Assembly (NCBI GenBank): GCA_950097015.1
Contig: CATNEN010000007.1
Span: 12,772,001 to 12,836,000 of the forward strand
DNA from: Macrostomum hystrix
Taxonomy: Eukaryota > Animalia > Platyhelminthes
Reading direction: 5' to 3'
Length of the DNA: 64,000 nt
Numbering within the stretch: the first letter of the stretch is position 1; each line of letters begins with the position of its first letter. The position numbers and the translations under genes were made by a program. The notes under the pieces are model-generated. The model had not been told where the DNA came from and did not search any database. It worked only from the letters and a program-made list of their open reading frames with translations. This document shows positions 1 through 12,253 of the stretch, piece by piece.

Positions 1-120
1 CCTAGCAATACAACACTTCGTTCGATGAGTCACAGATGTGACAGCAGTGACATGCTTGTGGGCCACTTGCCTTTGTATTTTCATTTCACACATTTTCTCA
101 TTAATTTCTAGGTTTGATTA

Positions 121-1815
121 TGACTCTCAGATGTAGTAAAGACTCAGGTGCAGCAGGGACTCTCAGATGCAGCAGGGACTCTCAGATGCAGCAGGGACTC
201 TCAGATGCAGCAGGGACTCTCAGATGCAGCAGGGACTCTCAGATGCAGCAGGGACTCTCAGATGCAGCAGGGACTCTCAGATGCAGCAGGGACTCTCAGA
301 TGCAGCAGGGACTCTCAGATGCAGCAGGGACTCTCAGATGCAGCAGGGACTCTCAGATGCAGCAGGGACTCTCAGATGCAGCAGGGACTCTCAGATGCAG
401 CAGGGACTCTCAGATGCAGCAGGGACTCTCAGGTGCAGCAGGGACTCTCAGATGCAGCAAGGACTCTCAGGTGCAGCAGGGACTCTCAGATGCAGCAGGG
501 ACTCTCAGATGCAGCAGGGACTCTCAGATGCAGCAGGGACTCTCAGGTGCAGCAGGGACTCTCAGATGCAGCAGGGACTCTCAGGTGGAGCAGGGACTCT
601 CAGATGCAGCAGGGACTCTCAGATGCAGCAGGGACTCTCAGGTGCAGCAGGGACTCTCAGGTGGAGCAGGGACTCTCAGGTGCAGCAGGGACTCTCAGGT
701 GCAGCAGGGACTCTCAGATGCAGCAGGGACTCTCAGGTGCAGCAGGGACTCTCAGATGCAGCAGGGACTCTCAGGTGGAGCAGGGACTCTCAGGTGCAGC
801 AGGGACTCTCAGATGCAGCAGGGACTCTCAGGCGCAGCAGGGACTCTCAGGTGCAGCAGGGACTCTCAGGTGCAGCAGGGACTCTCAGATGCAGCAGGGA
901 CTCTCAGGTGGAGCAGGGACTCTCAGGTGGAGCAGGGACTCTCAGATGCAGCAGGGACTCTCAGGTGCAGCAGGGACTCTCAGGTGGAGCAGGCCGACTC
1001 TCAGGTGCAGCAGGGACTCTCAGGTGCAGCAGGGACTCTCAGGTGCAGCAGGGACTCTCAGGTGCAGCAGGGACTCTCAGATGCAGCAGGGACTCTCAGG
1101 TGGAGCAGGGACTCTCAGGTGGAGCAGGGACTCTCAGATGCAGCAGGGACTCTCAGATGCAGCAGGGACTCTCAGGTGCAGCAGGGACTCTCAGATGCAG
1201 CAGGGACTCTCAGGTGCAGCAGGGACTCTCAGATGCAGCAGGGACTCTCAGGTGCAGCAGGGACTCTCAGATGCAGCAGGGACTCTCAGGTGGAGCAGGG
1301 ACTCTCAGGTGCAGCAGGGACTCTCAGATGCAGCAGGGACTCTCAGGTGCAGCAGGGACTCTCAGGTGCAGCAGGGACTCTCAGGTGCAGCAGGGACTCT
1401 CAGATGCAGCAGGGACTCTCAGGTGGAGCAGGGACTCTCAGGTGGAGCAGGGACTCTCAGATGCAGCAGGGACTCTCAGGTGCAGCAGGGACTCTCAGGT
1501 GGAGCAGGCCGACTCTCAGGTGCAGCAGGGACTCTCAGGTGCAGCAGGGACTCTCAGGTGCAGCAGGGACTCTCAGGTGCAGCAGGGACTCTCAGATGCA
1601 GCAGGGACTCTCAGGTGGAGCAGGGACTCTCAGGTGGAGCAGGGACTCTCAGATGCAGCAGGGACTCTCAGGTGCAGCAGGGACTCTCAGGTGGAGCAGG
1701 CCGACTCTCAGGTGGAGCAGGGACTCTCAGATGTAGTAAAGACTCAGGTGCAGCAGGGACTCTCAGATGCAGCAGGGACTCTCAGATGTAGTAAAAACTC
1801 TCAGGTGCAGCAGGA
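121..1815. repeat. 19-bp minisatellite (GGGACTCTCAGATGCAGCA and variants), roughly 90 units
   Basis: Direct tandem periodicity. All three + frames give the same peptide, as expected for a stop-free unit whose length is not a multiple of 3. Confidence 0.97.
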
Positions 1816-1835
1816 ACTCTCATCGCTTTGCTTGC

Positions 1836-2068
1836 AGGGACTCTCATAGCTCTCACGGAGGCTCTCATTGCTCTCACAGGGACTCTCAAAGCTCTCACAG
1901 GGACTCTCCTGGCTCTCACAGAGACTCTCATAGATTTCACAGGGACTCTCATAGCTCTCACAGGGACTCTCATAGCTCTCACAGGGACTCTCATAGCTCT
2001 CACAGAGACTCTCATAGCTCTCACAGGGACTCTCATAGCTCTCACAGACTCTCATAGCTCTCACAGGA
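1836..2068. repeat. 21-bp minisatellite (GGGACTCTCATAGCTCTCACA)
   Basis: About 10 tandem units sharing the GGGACTCTCA core with the adjacent 19-bp array. Confidence 0.9.
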
Positions 2069-2132
2069 CTTCCGAGTGAATCATTCGCTGGCCAGATACC
2101 ATCCTTCCCTCCCAGCCCGCAGCACAGTCGCC

Positions 2133-2402
2133 ATGTCGCACCCGAACTACATGGACCAGGTGCAGCAGGATGTTCAGCTGGACTGGAACCAGCGGGAGTA
2201 CATCGACCTAATCGGGTTCACGCTGAAGCGCATGACAGACTTCTTGAACCAGTTCGACGTGTCCTGCCGCAGCAAGATCGCCCAGCTGAATGAGAAGCTC
2301 ACCCTGCTGGAGCGGAAGGTCGACTTCATTGAGGCGCGCATCAAGAGGGACGAGCTGGTGGCGGCTGGCAAGCAGGCCGCGCCTGGTGACACCCCCAACT
2401 GA
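2133..2402 (+). CDS. BRK1: BRICK1/HSPC300, WAVE/SCAR complex subunit (89 aa, single coding exon)
   Basis: ATG at 2133 (GCCATG context). Sequence VQQDVQLDWNQREYIDLIGFTLKRMTDFLNQFDVSCRSKIAQLNEKLTLLERKVDFIEARI matches the BRICK1 pattern (DWxNREY...DFLNxFDxSCRSrLAxLNEKLTxLERxxEYxEA). Confidence 0.95.
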   Translation: MSHPNYMDQVQQDVQLDWNQREYIDLIGFTLKRMTDFLNQFDVSCRSKIAQLNEKLTLLERKVDFIEARIKRDELVAAGKQAAPGDTPN

Positions 2403-2987
2403 GTCATTCAGTCACTTATGCCCTGCTCACTAGCTGACCCATTCAATAAGTGCTGCAGACTGCTCAGCTGTTTACTCATAGTAGCCTATTGTGGGCTTTG
2501 CTACCCCAGGCTGACTTGCGAGAGAACGTCTTTATCCTGTGCTGTACCCCAGTTCTATCTTGTTTATAGTATTTTACCATTAGCGGAGTTCAGGCCGAAC
2601 TTGTGTCCGCCAGTTTCATGTCAATATTCTCTTCATAGCTTTGCCTGTACAGTCTTTGCTAGCCTGTTTGGGTTTTTAAACCTGTGAATTATTTTGATAC
2701 TTCTGATTCTGCACTGCGCTGCCCGGAATGTTACACAGTATATCTAAAGCATGATTTAAATACATTGAAGCATGCCTTCTCTATACCACTGCCGCACTGC
2801 TGTTCGTCTGTTTGTCATTTCTAGACCCAACGAATTCTGCAGAATACGGGAATTGAATCCCCACTCAGGCGCACGCAGAGTCCCACTCACCTTAAGCTCG
2901 CTGCGATGGAACTAAAGTTAAAAAATGATGCAGGCCCCAGTATAGTGCAAGAACACGCTGCTCGCCGCACCCACAGCTACCGGCCGC

Positions 2988-4166
2988 ATGTCCTGCTACG
3001 GCTGCGGCAGCCAGTATTCCCTGCTGCGGCGGGAGTACGGCTGTGACAACTGCGGCTTCTCCTACTGCTCCAGCTGCTTGGAGTCCAAGAAGCCTGTGCC
3101 CAAGCTAGGCGGCAAGCTCGGCAAGATGTGCGCCAAGTGCCTTCGACTGCAGGTCCAGCCGCCTGCCGCCCAGCAGCCGATCGAGCCGCCAGCAAACTTC
3201 GTCAAGCGAGTCGAGGCGCTGGAGGCGAGGAAGGCGCCTCCACCAAAGAAAGGCGGAGGTGGCGGTGGCTCCAGGGCGGTCGACCCGGACAAAGAGGCTC
3301 GCGATCGGCTGGAGCGGCTGAAGCAGCGACCCGGCCGGGGTCCGCCGCCCTCGGAGCAGGACCTCCGGTCTCGACTGGACGCTCTGCAGGGCCTGACAGC
3401 AGAGTCGGACGCTGGGCCAGCGGCTGGTTCTGGTTCGACACTGGAAGCGCCGCGGCCGCAGGCTTCTGAAGCGGAGCAGGTGGCAGCGCTGATTGAGTCA
3501 GCGGAGGCGCGTGCTCGCATCGACCGGGAGCGGCAGCGCGAGGCCCTCGCTCGCGACCGCCGCTTGGCGGAGCGGCTGGCTGCCCTGCGCGGAGTCGACG
3601 CCGCTGCCGCTGACGCCGCTGCCGCTGACGCCGCTGCTTCTGAAACCTCTGAAGCCGACACCAGCGCGAAGGCTGATGCGGTGGAAGCAGCAGCTGGAAA
3701 CGCCGCGGCCGGCTCTGAAGCTGATCCGAAAGCGGACGCGGATGCACTGAGCCGCGAGGCTGCAGAACTGATGCGCGGCGCTGAGGCGGAGGTCCGGGCA
3801 CTGCAGGTGGACCCCGAGCTGGCGGCTCACCTGCAACGGCGGCAGCAACAAAAGAAGAAATGCAAGCCGGGGTCCAAGGAGGCCGTAGCACCCCCGGCGG
3901 AGACCAAGTCACCGCAACCTGAGCAGATCACAGACAGCCAGGTAGAGGCGGCCATCCGGGAGGCTCTTGCAGCGCCGGACGAGGAATTCACCGACGATGA
4001 AGACCTGAGCGATACCTCCGGCGATGACGATGGCGAGCGCTGGTGTTGCATCTGCAAGGCTGATGCTGAGGTCCGCTGCCCCCAATGCATGGGCGACCTC
4101 TACTGTCGGCGCTGCTTCCGCGAAGGTCACAGCAAGGGCGACGGGCACCAGGCCCTGCCTGTCTAG
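2988..4166 (+). CDS. ZFYVE19: Abscission/NoCut checkpoint regulator (ZFYVE19/ANCHR)-like, 392 aa, intronless
   Basis: N-terminal FYVE-type finger (CYGC...LLRREYGCDNCGFSYCSSC...MCAKC), PPANFVKRVEAL motif, LAERLAALRG helix, C-terminal WCCICKADAEVRCPQCMGDLYCRRCFREGH finger. Confidence 0.9.
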   Translation: MSCYGCGSQYSLLRREYGCDNCGFSYCSSCLESKKPVPKLGGKLGKMCAKCLRLQVQPPAAQQPIEPPANFVKRVEALEARKAPPPKKGGGGGGSRAVDPDKEARDRLERLKQRPGRGPPPSEQDLRSRLDALQGLTAESDAGPAAGSGSTLEAPRPQASEAEQVAALIESAEARARIDRERQREALARDRRLAERLAALRGVDAAAADAAAADAAASETSEADTSAKADAVEAAAGNAAAGSEADPKADADALSREAAELMRGAEAEVRALQVDPELAAHLQRRQQQKKKCKPGSKEAVAPPAETKSPQPEQITDSQVEAAIREALAAPDEEFTDDEDLSDTSGDDDGERWCCICKADAEVRCPQCMGDLYCRRCFREGHSKGDGHQALPV

Positions 4167-4439
4167 GCAGCAGTGCAGCCGCTCGCACCTGCGTGCCTTC
4201 GTGTCTTTCGACTCCATGGGACAGTTTTCTCATGCGCTCGTTGTACAGATAATGTTCATTGATACCTGCGTCATCCCTGTTTCTGAGTGTTAATATATCT
4301 GCTACGGTAGTTTTTTCCATAATTAAGGCCGTTTTGGTCCTACTTGCAGCCGCTTTTCCTCAACTTAAAAAAACTTGCTCTGTAGGTTATACCCGGTGAA
4401 TAGACTTGCTGCATTCATGTAGGTGCATTCAGGTGTGAA

Positions 4440-7400
4440 ATAGAGATTTGCTGACTCATTTGTGAGATTCAGATCTGCTGTCTCATGGGTGAGATTCAGA
4501 TCTGCTGTCTCATGGGTGAGATTCAGATCTGCTGTCTCATGGGTGAGATTCAGATCTGCAGTTTCATGGCTGAGATTCAGATCTGCTGTTTCATGGGTGG
4601 GATTCAGATCTGCTGTCTCATGGGTGAAATTCAGATCTGCTGTCTCATGGGTGAGATTCAGATCTGCTGTTTCATGGGTGAGATTCAGATCTGCTGTCTC
4701 ATGGGTGAGATTCAGATCTGCTGTTTCATGGGTGAGATTCAGATCTGCTGTCTCATGGGTGAGATTCAGATCTGATGTCTCATGGGTGAGATTCAGATCT
4801 GCTGTCTCATGGGTGAGATTCAGATCTGCTGTTTCATGGGTGAGATTCAGATCTGCTGTTTCATGGGTGAGATTCAGATCTGCTGTCTCATGGGTGAGAT
4901 TCAGATCTGCTGTCTCATGGGTGAGATTCAGATCTGCTGTCTCATGGGTGAGATTCAGATCTGCTGTTTCATGGGTGAGATTCAGATCTGCTGTCTCATG
5001 GGTGAGATTCAGATCTGCTGTCTCATGGGTGAGATTCAGATCTGCTGTTTCATGGGTGAGATTCAGATCTGCTGTCTCATGGGTGAGATTCAGATTTGCT
5101 GACTCATTTCTGAGATTCAGATCTGCTGTTTCATGGGTGAGATTCAGATCTGCTGTTTCATGGGTGAGATTCAGATCTGCTGTTTCATGGGTGAGATTCA
5201 GATTTGCTGACTCATTTCTGAGATTCAGATCTGCTGTTTCATGGGTGAGATTCAGATTTGCTGACTCATTTCTGGGATTCAGATCTGCAGTTTCATGGGT
5301 GAGATTCAGATTTGCTGACTCATTTCTGAGATTCAGATCTGCAGTTTCATGGGTGAGATTCAGATTTGCTGACTCATTTCTGGGATTCAGATCTGCAGTT
5401 TCGTGGGTGAGATTCAGATCTGCTGTCTCATTTCTGAGATTCAGATTTGCTGACTCATTTCTGAGATTCAGATCTGCTGTTTCATGGGTGAGATTCAGAT
5501 TTGCTGACTCATTTCTGAGATTCAGATCTGCTGTTTCATGGGTGAGATTCAGATTTGCTGACTCATTTCTGAGATTCAGATCTGCTGTTTCATGGGTGAG
5601 ATTCAGATTTGCTGACTCATTTCTGAGATTCAGATCTGCAGTTTCATGGGTGAGATTCAGATTTGCTGACTCATTTCTGAGATTCAGATCTGCAGTTTCA
5701 TGGGTGAGATTCAGATCTGCTGTTTCATGGGTGCGATTCAGATTTGATGACTCATTTCTGGGATTCAGATCTGCTGTCTCATGGGTGCGATTCAGATTTG
5801 ATGACTCATTTCTGGGATTCAGATCTGCAGTTTCATGGGTGAGATTCAGATCTGCTGTTTCATGGGTGCGATTCAGATTTGATGACTCATTTCTGGGATT
5901 CAGATCTGCTGTTTCATGGGTGCGATTCAGATTTGATGACTCATTTCTGGGATTCAGATCTGCTGTCTCATGGGTGCGATTCAGATTTGATGACTCATTT
6001 CTGGGATTCAGATCTGCTGTTTCATGGGTGCGATTCAGATTTGATGACTCATTTCTGGGATTCAGATCTGCTGTCTCATGGGTGCGATTCAGATTTGATG
6101 ACTCATTTCTGAGATTCAGATCTGCAGTTTCATGGGTGAGATTCAGATTTGATGACTCATTTCTGGGATTCAGATGTGCAGTTTCATGGGTGAGATTCAG
6201 ATTTGATGACTCATTTCTGGGATTCAGATGTGCAGTTTCATGGGTGAGATTCAGATTTGATGACTCATTTCTGGGATTCAGATCTGCTGTTTCATGGGTG
6301 AGATTCAGATTTGATGACTCATTTCTGGGATTCAGATCTGCTGTTTCATGGGTGCGATTCAGATCTGCTGTTTCATGGGTGAGATTCAGATTTGCTGACT
6401 CATTTCTGAGATTCAGATCTGCAGTTTCATGGGTGAGATTCAGATTTGCTGACTCATTTCTGAGATTCAGATCTGCAGTTTCATGGGTGAGATTCAGATC
6501 TGCTGTTTCATGGGTGCGATTCAGATTTGATGACTCATTTCTGGGATTCAGATCTGCTGTCTCATGGGTGCGATTCAGATTTGATGACTCATTTCTGGGA
6601 TTCAGATCTGCAGTTTCATGGGTGAGATTCAGATCTGCTGTTTCATGGGTGCGATTCAGATTTGATGACTCATTTCTGGGATTCAGATCTGCTGTTTCAT
6701 GGGTGCGATTCAGATTTGATGACTCATTTCTGGGATTCAGATCTGCTGTCTCATGGGTGCGATTCAGATTTGATGACTCATTTCTGGGATTCAGATCTGC
6801 TGTTTCATGGGTGCGATTCAGATTTGATGACTCATTTCTGGGATTCAGATCTGCTGTCTCATGGGTGCGATTCAGATTTGATGACTCATTTCTGAGATTC
6901 AGATCTGCAGTTTCATGGGTGAGATTCAGATTTGATGACTCATTTCTGGGATTCAGATGTGCAGTTTCATGGGTGAGATTCAGATTTGATGACTCATTTC
7001 TGGGATTCAGATGTGCAGTTTCATGGGTGAGATTCAGATTTGATGACTCATTTCTGGGATTCAGATCTGCTGTTTCATGGGTGAGATTCAGATTTGATGA
7101 CTCATTTCTGGGATTCAGATCTGCTGTCTCATGGGTGAGATTCAGATCTGCTGTCTCATTTCTGAGATTCAGATTTGCTGACTCATTTCTGAGATTCAGA
7201 TCTGCTGTTTCATGGGTGAGATTCAGATTTGCTGACTCATTTCTGAGATTCAGATCTGCTGTTTCATGGGTGAGATTCAGATTTGATGACTCATTTCTGG
7301 GATTCAGATCTGCTGTTTCATGGGTGCGATTCAGATCTGCTGTTTCATGGGTGAGATTCAGATTTGCTGACTCATTTCTGAGATTCAGATCTGCAGTTTC

Positions 7401-7978
7401 ATGGGTGAGATTCAGATTTGCTGACTCATTTCTGAGATTCAGATCTGCAGTTTCATGGGTGAGATTCAGATCTGCTGTTTCATGGGTGCGATTCAGATTT
7501 GATGACTCATTTCTGGGATTCAGATCTGCTGTCTCATGGGTGCGATTCAGATTTGATGACTCATTTCTGAGATTCAGATCTGCAGTTTCATGGGTGAGAT
7601 TCAGATTTGATGACTCATTTCTGGGATTCAGATCTGCTGTTTCATGGGTGCGATTCAGATTTGATGACTCATTTCTGGGATTCAGATCTGCTGTCTCATG
7701 GGTGCGATTCAGATTTGATGACTCATTTCTGAGATTCAGATCTGCTGTTTCATGGGTGAGATTCAGATTTGATGACTCATTTCTGGGATTCAGATCTGCT
7801 GTTTCATGGGTGCGATTCAGATTTGCTGACTCGTTTCTGGGATTCAGATCTGCTGTTTCATGGGTGCGATTCAGATTTGATGACTCATATCTGAGATTCA
7901 GATCTGCTGTTTCATGGGTGCGATTCAGATTTGATGACTCATTTCTGAGATTCAGATCTGCTGTCTCATGGGTGAGAT
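4440..7978. repeat. 27-bp minisatellite with two alternating unit types forming a 54-bp higher-order dimer
   Basis: Unit A GAGATTCAGATCTGCTGTCTCATGGGT dominates 4460-5090; from about 5090 it alternates with unit B GAGATTCAGATTTG(C/A)TGACTCATTTCT. Confidence 0.97.
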
Positions 7979-8038
7979 TAAGCCGACCTCCAAAAGCTTC
8001 GCCGTTGCCGCCTCATTCCAGCTAGACCCTCGCCTACC

Positions 8039-11000
8039 ATGCTGAGCCTGCTGAGTGTCCACCGCGGCCCCGCCGCAGTCGCCATGCGCGCCCTGTGCAC
8101 GCACTCCGCCGCCAGGCGGGCCGAAGGCATTTACTGGAACGACAAGTACGAGAAGGGCGAGTCGCGCTTTGAGAAGATCCTCATCGCCAACCGCGGCGAG
8201 ATTGCCTGCCGCGTTATCAACTCTTGCAAGCGGCTGGGCATCAAGTCCGTGGCCGTGCACAGCGAGATCGACGCCTCCAGCAAGTTCGTGCAGATGGCGG
8301 ACGAGGCCGTGTGCATCGGGCCGGCGCACACCAGCAAGAGCTACTTGAACATGGAAGCCATCCTGCAGGCCGTGAAGCAGACGGGTGCCCAGGCCGTTCA
8401 TCCTGGCTACGGCTTCCTGTCCGAGAACACGGTGTTCGCCAAGCGCCTGGAGGACATGAACGTTGTTTTCCTGGGCCCCAACTCCAAGGCCATCCACGCA
8501 ATGGGCGACAAGATCGAGAGCAAGCGCATTGCCCACAAGGCCAAGGTCAACTGCATCCCCGGATACGACGGCGAGGTCAAGAATGCCGACGAAGCTGTCA
8601 AGATTTCCAACGAGATCGGCTACCCGGTTATGATCAAGGCCTCCGCTGGCGGTGAGCTAACTGCACCAAACCAAACTGCCCAGCCCCGCACCCAGCCCCA
8701 CCGCCTGTCCCTTCGAATCCCCGCACCCAGTCCCACCGCCTGTCCCTTCAAATCCCCGCACCCAGTCCCACCGCCTGTCCCTTCGAATCCCCGCACCCAG
8801 TCCCACCGCCTGTCCCTTCAAATCCCCGCACCCAGTCCGACCGCCTGTCCCTTTAAATCCCCGCACCCAGTCCCACCGCCTGTCCCTTCGAATCCCCGCA
8901 CCCAGTCCCACTGCCTGTCCCTTCGAATCCCCGCACCCAGTCCCACCGCCTGTCCCTTCAAATCCCCGCACCCAGTCCCACCGCCTGTCCCTTCGAATCC
9001 CCGCACCCAGTCCCACCGCCTGTCCCTTTAAATCCCCGCACCCAGCCCCACCGCCTATCCCTTCGAATCCCCGCACCCAGTCCCACCGCCTGTCCCTTCA
9101 AATCCCCGCACCTAGCCCCACCGCCTGTAATTCGTACCCGCAGGCGGCGGCAAGGGCATGCGCATCGCCTGGAACGACAAGCAGGCCCGCGAAGGCTACC
9201 GTCTGTCGCAGGAGGAGGCCAAGTCCAGCTTCGGTGACGACCGCATGCTGATCGAGAAGTTCATCGACAAGCCGCGCCATATCGAGGTGCAGGTGCTGTG
9301 CGACCGTCACGGCAACGCGCTCTACCTGAACGAGCGCGAGTGCTCCATCCAGCGCCGAAACCAGAAGGTGATCGAGGAGGCGCCCAGCGTGTACATCGAC
9401 CCGGAGACCCGCAAGGCCATGGGCGCGCAGGCCACCGCCCTGGCCAAGGCCGTCGGCTACGACTCGGCGGGCACCGTGGAGTTCCTGGTGGACTCGAAGA
9501 AGAACTTCTACTTCCTGGAGATGAACACCCGCCTGCAGGTGGAGCACCCCATAACCGAGTGCATCACCGGCGTGGACATTGTGCACCAGATGATTCGCGT
9601 TGGCAAGGGCCACCCGCTGCTGCTCACCCAGAAGGACATCGGCATCAAGGGCTGGGCCGTCGAATGCCGTGTCTACGCCGAGGACCCGTACAAGGCGTTC
9701 GGCCTGCCCTCCATCGGCCGCCTCACCACCTACGCCGAGCCTAAACACCTGGAGAATGTCCGCTGCGACAGCGGCATCCAGGAGGGCAGCGAAATCTCCA
9801 TCTACTACGACCCCATGATCTGCAAGCTCGTCACCTACGGCAAGGACCGCCAGTCTGCACTCAACACCATGGTCAACGCCCTGGACAGCTATGTGATCCG
9901 TGGCGTCACCCACAACATCCCCCTGCTGCGCGACATCGTCACCGAGAAGCGCTTCGTGTCCGGCAACATCACCACCAACTACCTGCCCGAGGTGTACCCC
10001 GATGGCTTCCGCGGCAAGCAGTTCTCCGACCGCGAGCGCCTGAACATCGCCGCTGTGTCCGCCATGGTTTTCGCCAAGAACGACCTGAGAAACAAGACCT
10101 ACCTGAAGAAGGACCGCTCCAGCATCGTGGCCGGTGAGGCCAAGAAGTCCTTTAACTGGGACATTGTCACCTCCCTTGATGGCAATGACCTTCCCTGCCG
10201 CGTGAGCGTCAACAAGGAGGGCGACTTCTCCGTCGTATTCGAGTGCGGGACGAGCCTGCTGATCAAGGACAACTTCAGCCTTGCTGACAAGCTCATCCCC
10301 GCCATCATCAACGACGAGCCCGTCTGCATTCAGATGATGTCCCGCGGCTTCGACGAGCGGGTCACCCTGCAGTACATGGGCACCAAGGTGAGTGGCTGGC
10401 TGGGTCACCCTGCAGCACATGGGCACCAATGTGAGTAGCTGGCTAGGAGGTTTACCCTAAAGCAGCGTTAATAGGTCAGCTGAGTCAGCCACAACTGTTG
10501 GTTTGTCAGGTGGGTCAGCCAGCAACTTTGGTTGGTCAGGTGGGTCAGCCAGCAACTTTGGTTGGTCAGGTGGGTCAGCCAGCAACTTTGGTTGGTCAGG
10601 TGGGTCAGCCAGCAACTTTGGTTGGTCAGGTGGGTCAGCCAGCAACTTTGGTTGGTCAGGTGGGTCAGCCAGCAACTTTGGTTGGTCAGGTGGGTCAGCC
10701 AGCAACTTTGGTTGGTCAGGTGGGTCAGCCAGCAACTTTGGTTGGTCAAGTGGGTCAGCCAGCAACTTTAATTGGTCAGGTGGGTCAGCCAGCTACTTTG
10801 ATTGGTCAAGTGGGTCAGCCAGCTACTTTGGTTGGTCAGGTGGGTCAGCCAGCAACTTTGGTTGGTCAGGTGGGTCAGCCTGCAACTTTGGTTGGTCAGG
10901 TGGGTCAGCCAGCTACTTTGATTGGTCAAGTGGGTCAGCCAGCAACTTTGGTTGGTCAGGTGGGTCAGCCAGCAACTTTGGTTGGTCAGGTGGGTCAGCC

Positions 11001-12253
11001 AGCAACTTTGGTTCGTCAGGTGGGTCAGCCAGCAACTTTGGTTGGTCAAGTGGGTCAGCCAGCAACTTTAATTGGTCAGGTGGGTCAGCCAGCTACTTTG
11101 ATAGGTCAAGTGGGTCAGCCAGCTACTTTGGTTGGTCAGGTGGGTCAGCCAGCAACTTTGGTTGGTCAGGTGGGTCAGCCTGCAACTTTGGTTGGTCAGG
11201 TGGGTCAGCCAGCAACTTTGGTTGGTCAGGTGGGTCAGCCTGCAACTTTGGTTGGTCAGGTGGGTCAGCCTGCAACTTTGGTTGGTCAGGTGGGTCAGCC
11301 AGCAACTTTGGTTGGTCAGGTGGGTCAGCCAGCAACTTTGGTTGGTCAGGTGGGTCAGCCTGCAACTTTGGTTGGTCAGGTGGGTCAGCCTGCAACTTTG
11401 GTTGGTCAGGTGGGTCAGCCAGCAACTTTGGTTGGTCAGGTGGGTCAGCCAGCAACTTTGGTTGGTCAGGTGGGTCAGCCAGCAACTTTGGTTGGTCAGG
11501 TGGGTCAGCCAGCTACTTTGATTGGTCAAGTGGGTCAGCCAGCTACTTTGGTTGGTCAGGTGGGTCAGCCAGCAACTTTGGTTGGTCAGGTGGGTCAGCC
11601 AGCAACTTTGGTTGGTCAGGTGGGTCAGCCAGCAACTTTGGTTGGTCCGGTGGGTCAGCCAGCAACTTTGGTTGGTCAGGTGGGTCAGCCAGCAACTTTG
11701 GTTGGTCAGGTGGGTCAGCCAGCAACTTTGGTTGGTCCGGTGGGTCAGCCAGCAACTTTGGTTGGTCAGGTGGGTCAGCCAGCAACTTTGGTTGGTCAGG
11801 TGGGTCAGCCAGCAACTTTAATTGGTCAGTCGGGATCTTAGCCGTCACCCTGCTGATCCGCAGTGCACCACGGTGGTCCGCACGGCCCGCGCCTACGAGC
11901 TGTCGAAGTTCATGCCGGTGCGCACCGCCCAGGACATGAGCACCACCATCAAGGCGCCGATGCCCGGCCTGGTGAAGTCCATCGCCGTCACCGTTGGCCA
12001 GCTGGTGGCCGATGGTCAGGAGATGTGTGTGTTGGAGGCCATGAAGATGCAGAACAGCCTGAGCTCCGTCATCGCTGGAAAGGTAAGTCTCAGTCTGCTG
12101 CTCCTGTCACAGTGCTTCCAGTCCGGATTGCTTGATTAAAATAGCTGAAGGCAACCCGCCCCCCGATGCCCGCAGGTGAAGGCCGTCCACTTCAAGGCCG
12201 GTGAGACCGTCAGCGAGGATGACGTCATCGTGGAGCTGGAGCCGCTGGCCTGA
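8039..12253 (+). CDS. PCCA: Propionyl-CoA carboxylase alpha chain, mitochondrial. Exons 8039-8651, 9144-10387, 11864-12082, 12176-12253 (717 aa)
   Basis: Biotin carboxylase motifs [35 protein letters not shown] (rebuilt across a GT-AG intron), [38 protein letters not shown]; biotinyl domain EAMKM. All three introns are GT..AG and preserve frame. N-terminus resembles a mitochondrial transit peptide. Confidence 0.96.
8680..9128. repeat. 35-bp C-rich minisatellite filling PCCA intron 1
   Basis: Unit CGAATCCCCGCACCCAGTCCCACCGCCTGTCCCTT, about 13 copies, between donor 8652 and acceptor 9143. Confidence 0.95.
10470..11829. repeat. 30-bp minisatellite filling PCCA intron 2
   Basis: Unit GTTGGTCAGGTGGGTCAGCCAGCAACTTTG, about 45 copies, in perfect register. 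Confidence 0.97.

Noticed and set aside
114-1849. Three 540-560 aa ORFs
   Set aside because: Same peptide in all frames; translation of a 19-bp satellite.
4462-8025. 1187-aa RFRSAVSWV repeat ORF
   Set aside because: GTG start, pure 27-bp satellite with no unique domain; openness follows from a stop-free unit divisible by 3.
9098-10429. 443-aa antisense ORF (also 7952-8536)
   Set aside because: Shadow of GC3-biased PCCA codons.
10498-11939. [10 protein letters not shown] and [10 protein letters not shown] repeat ORFs (collagen- or FG-nucleoporin-like)
   Set aside because: They lie inside PCCA intron 2, whose removal restores the conserved enzyme.
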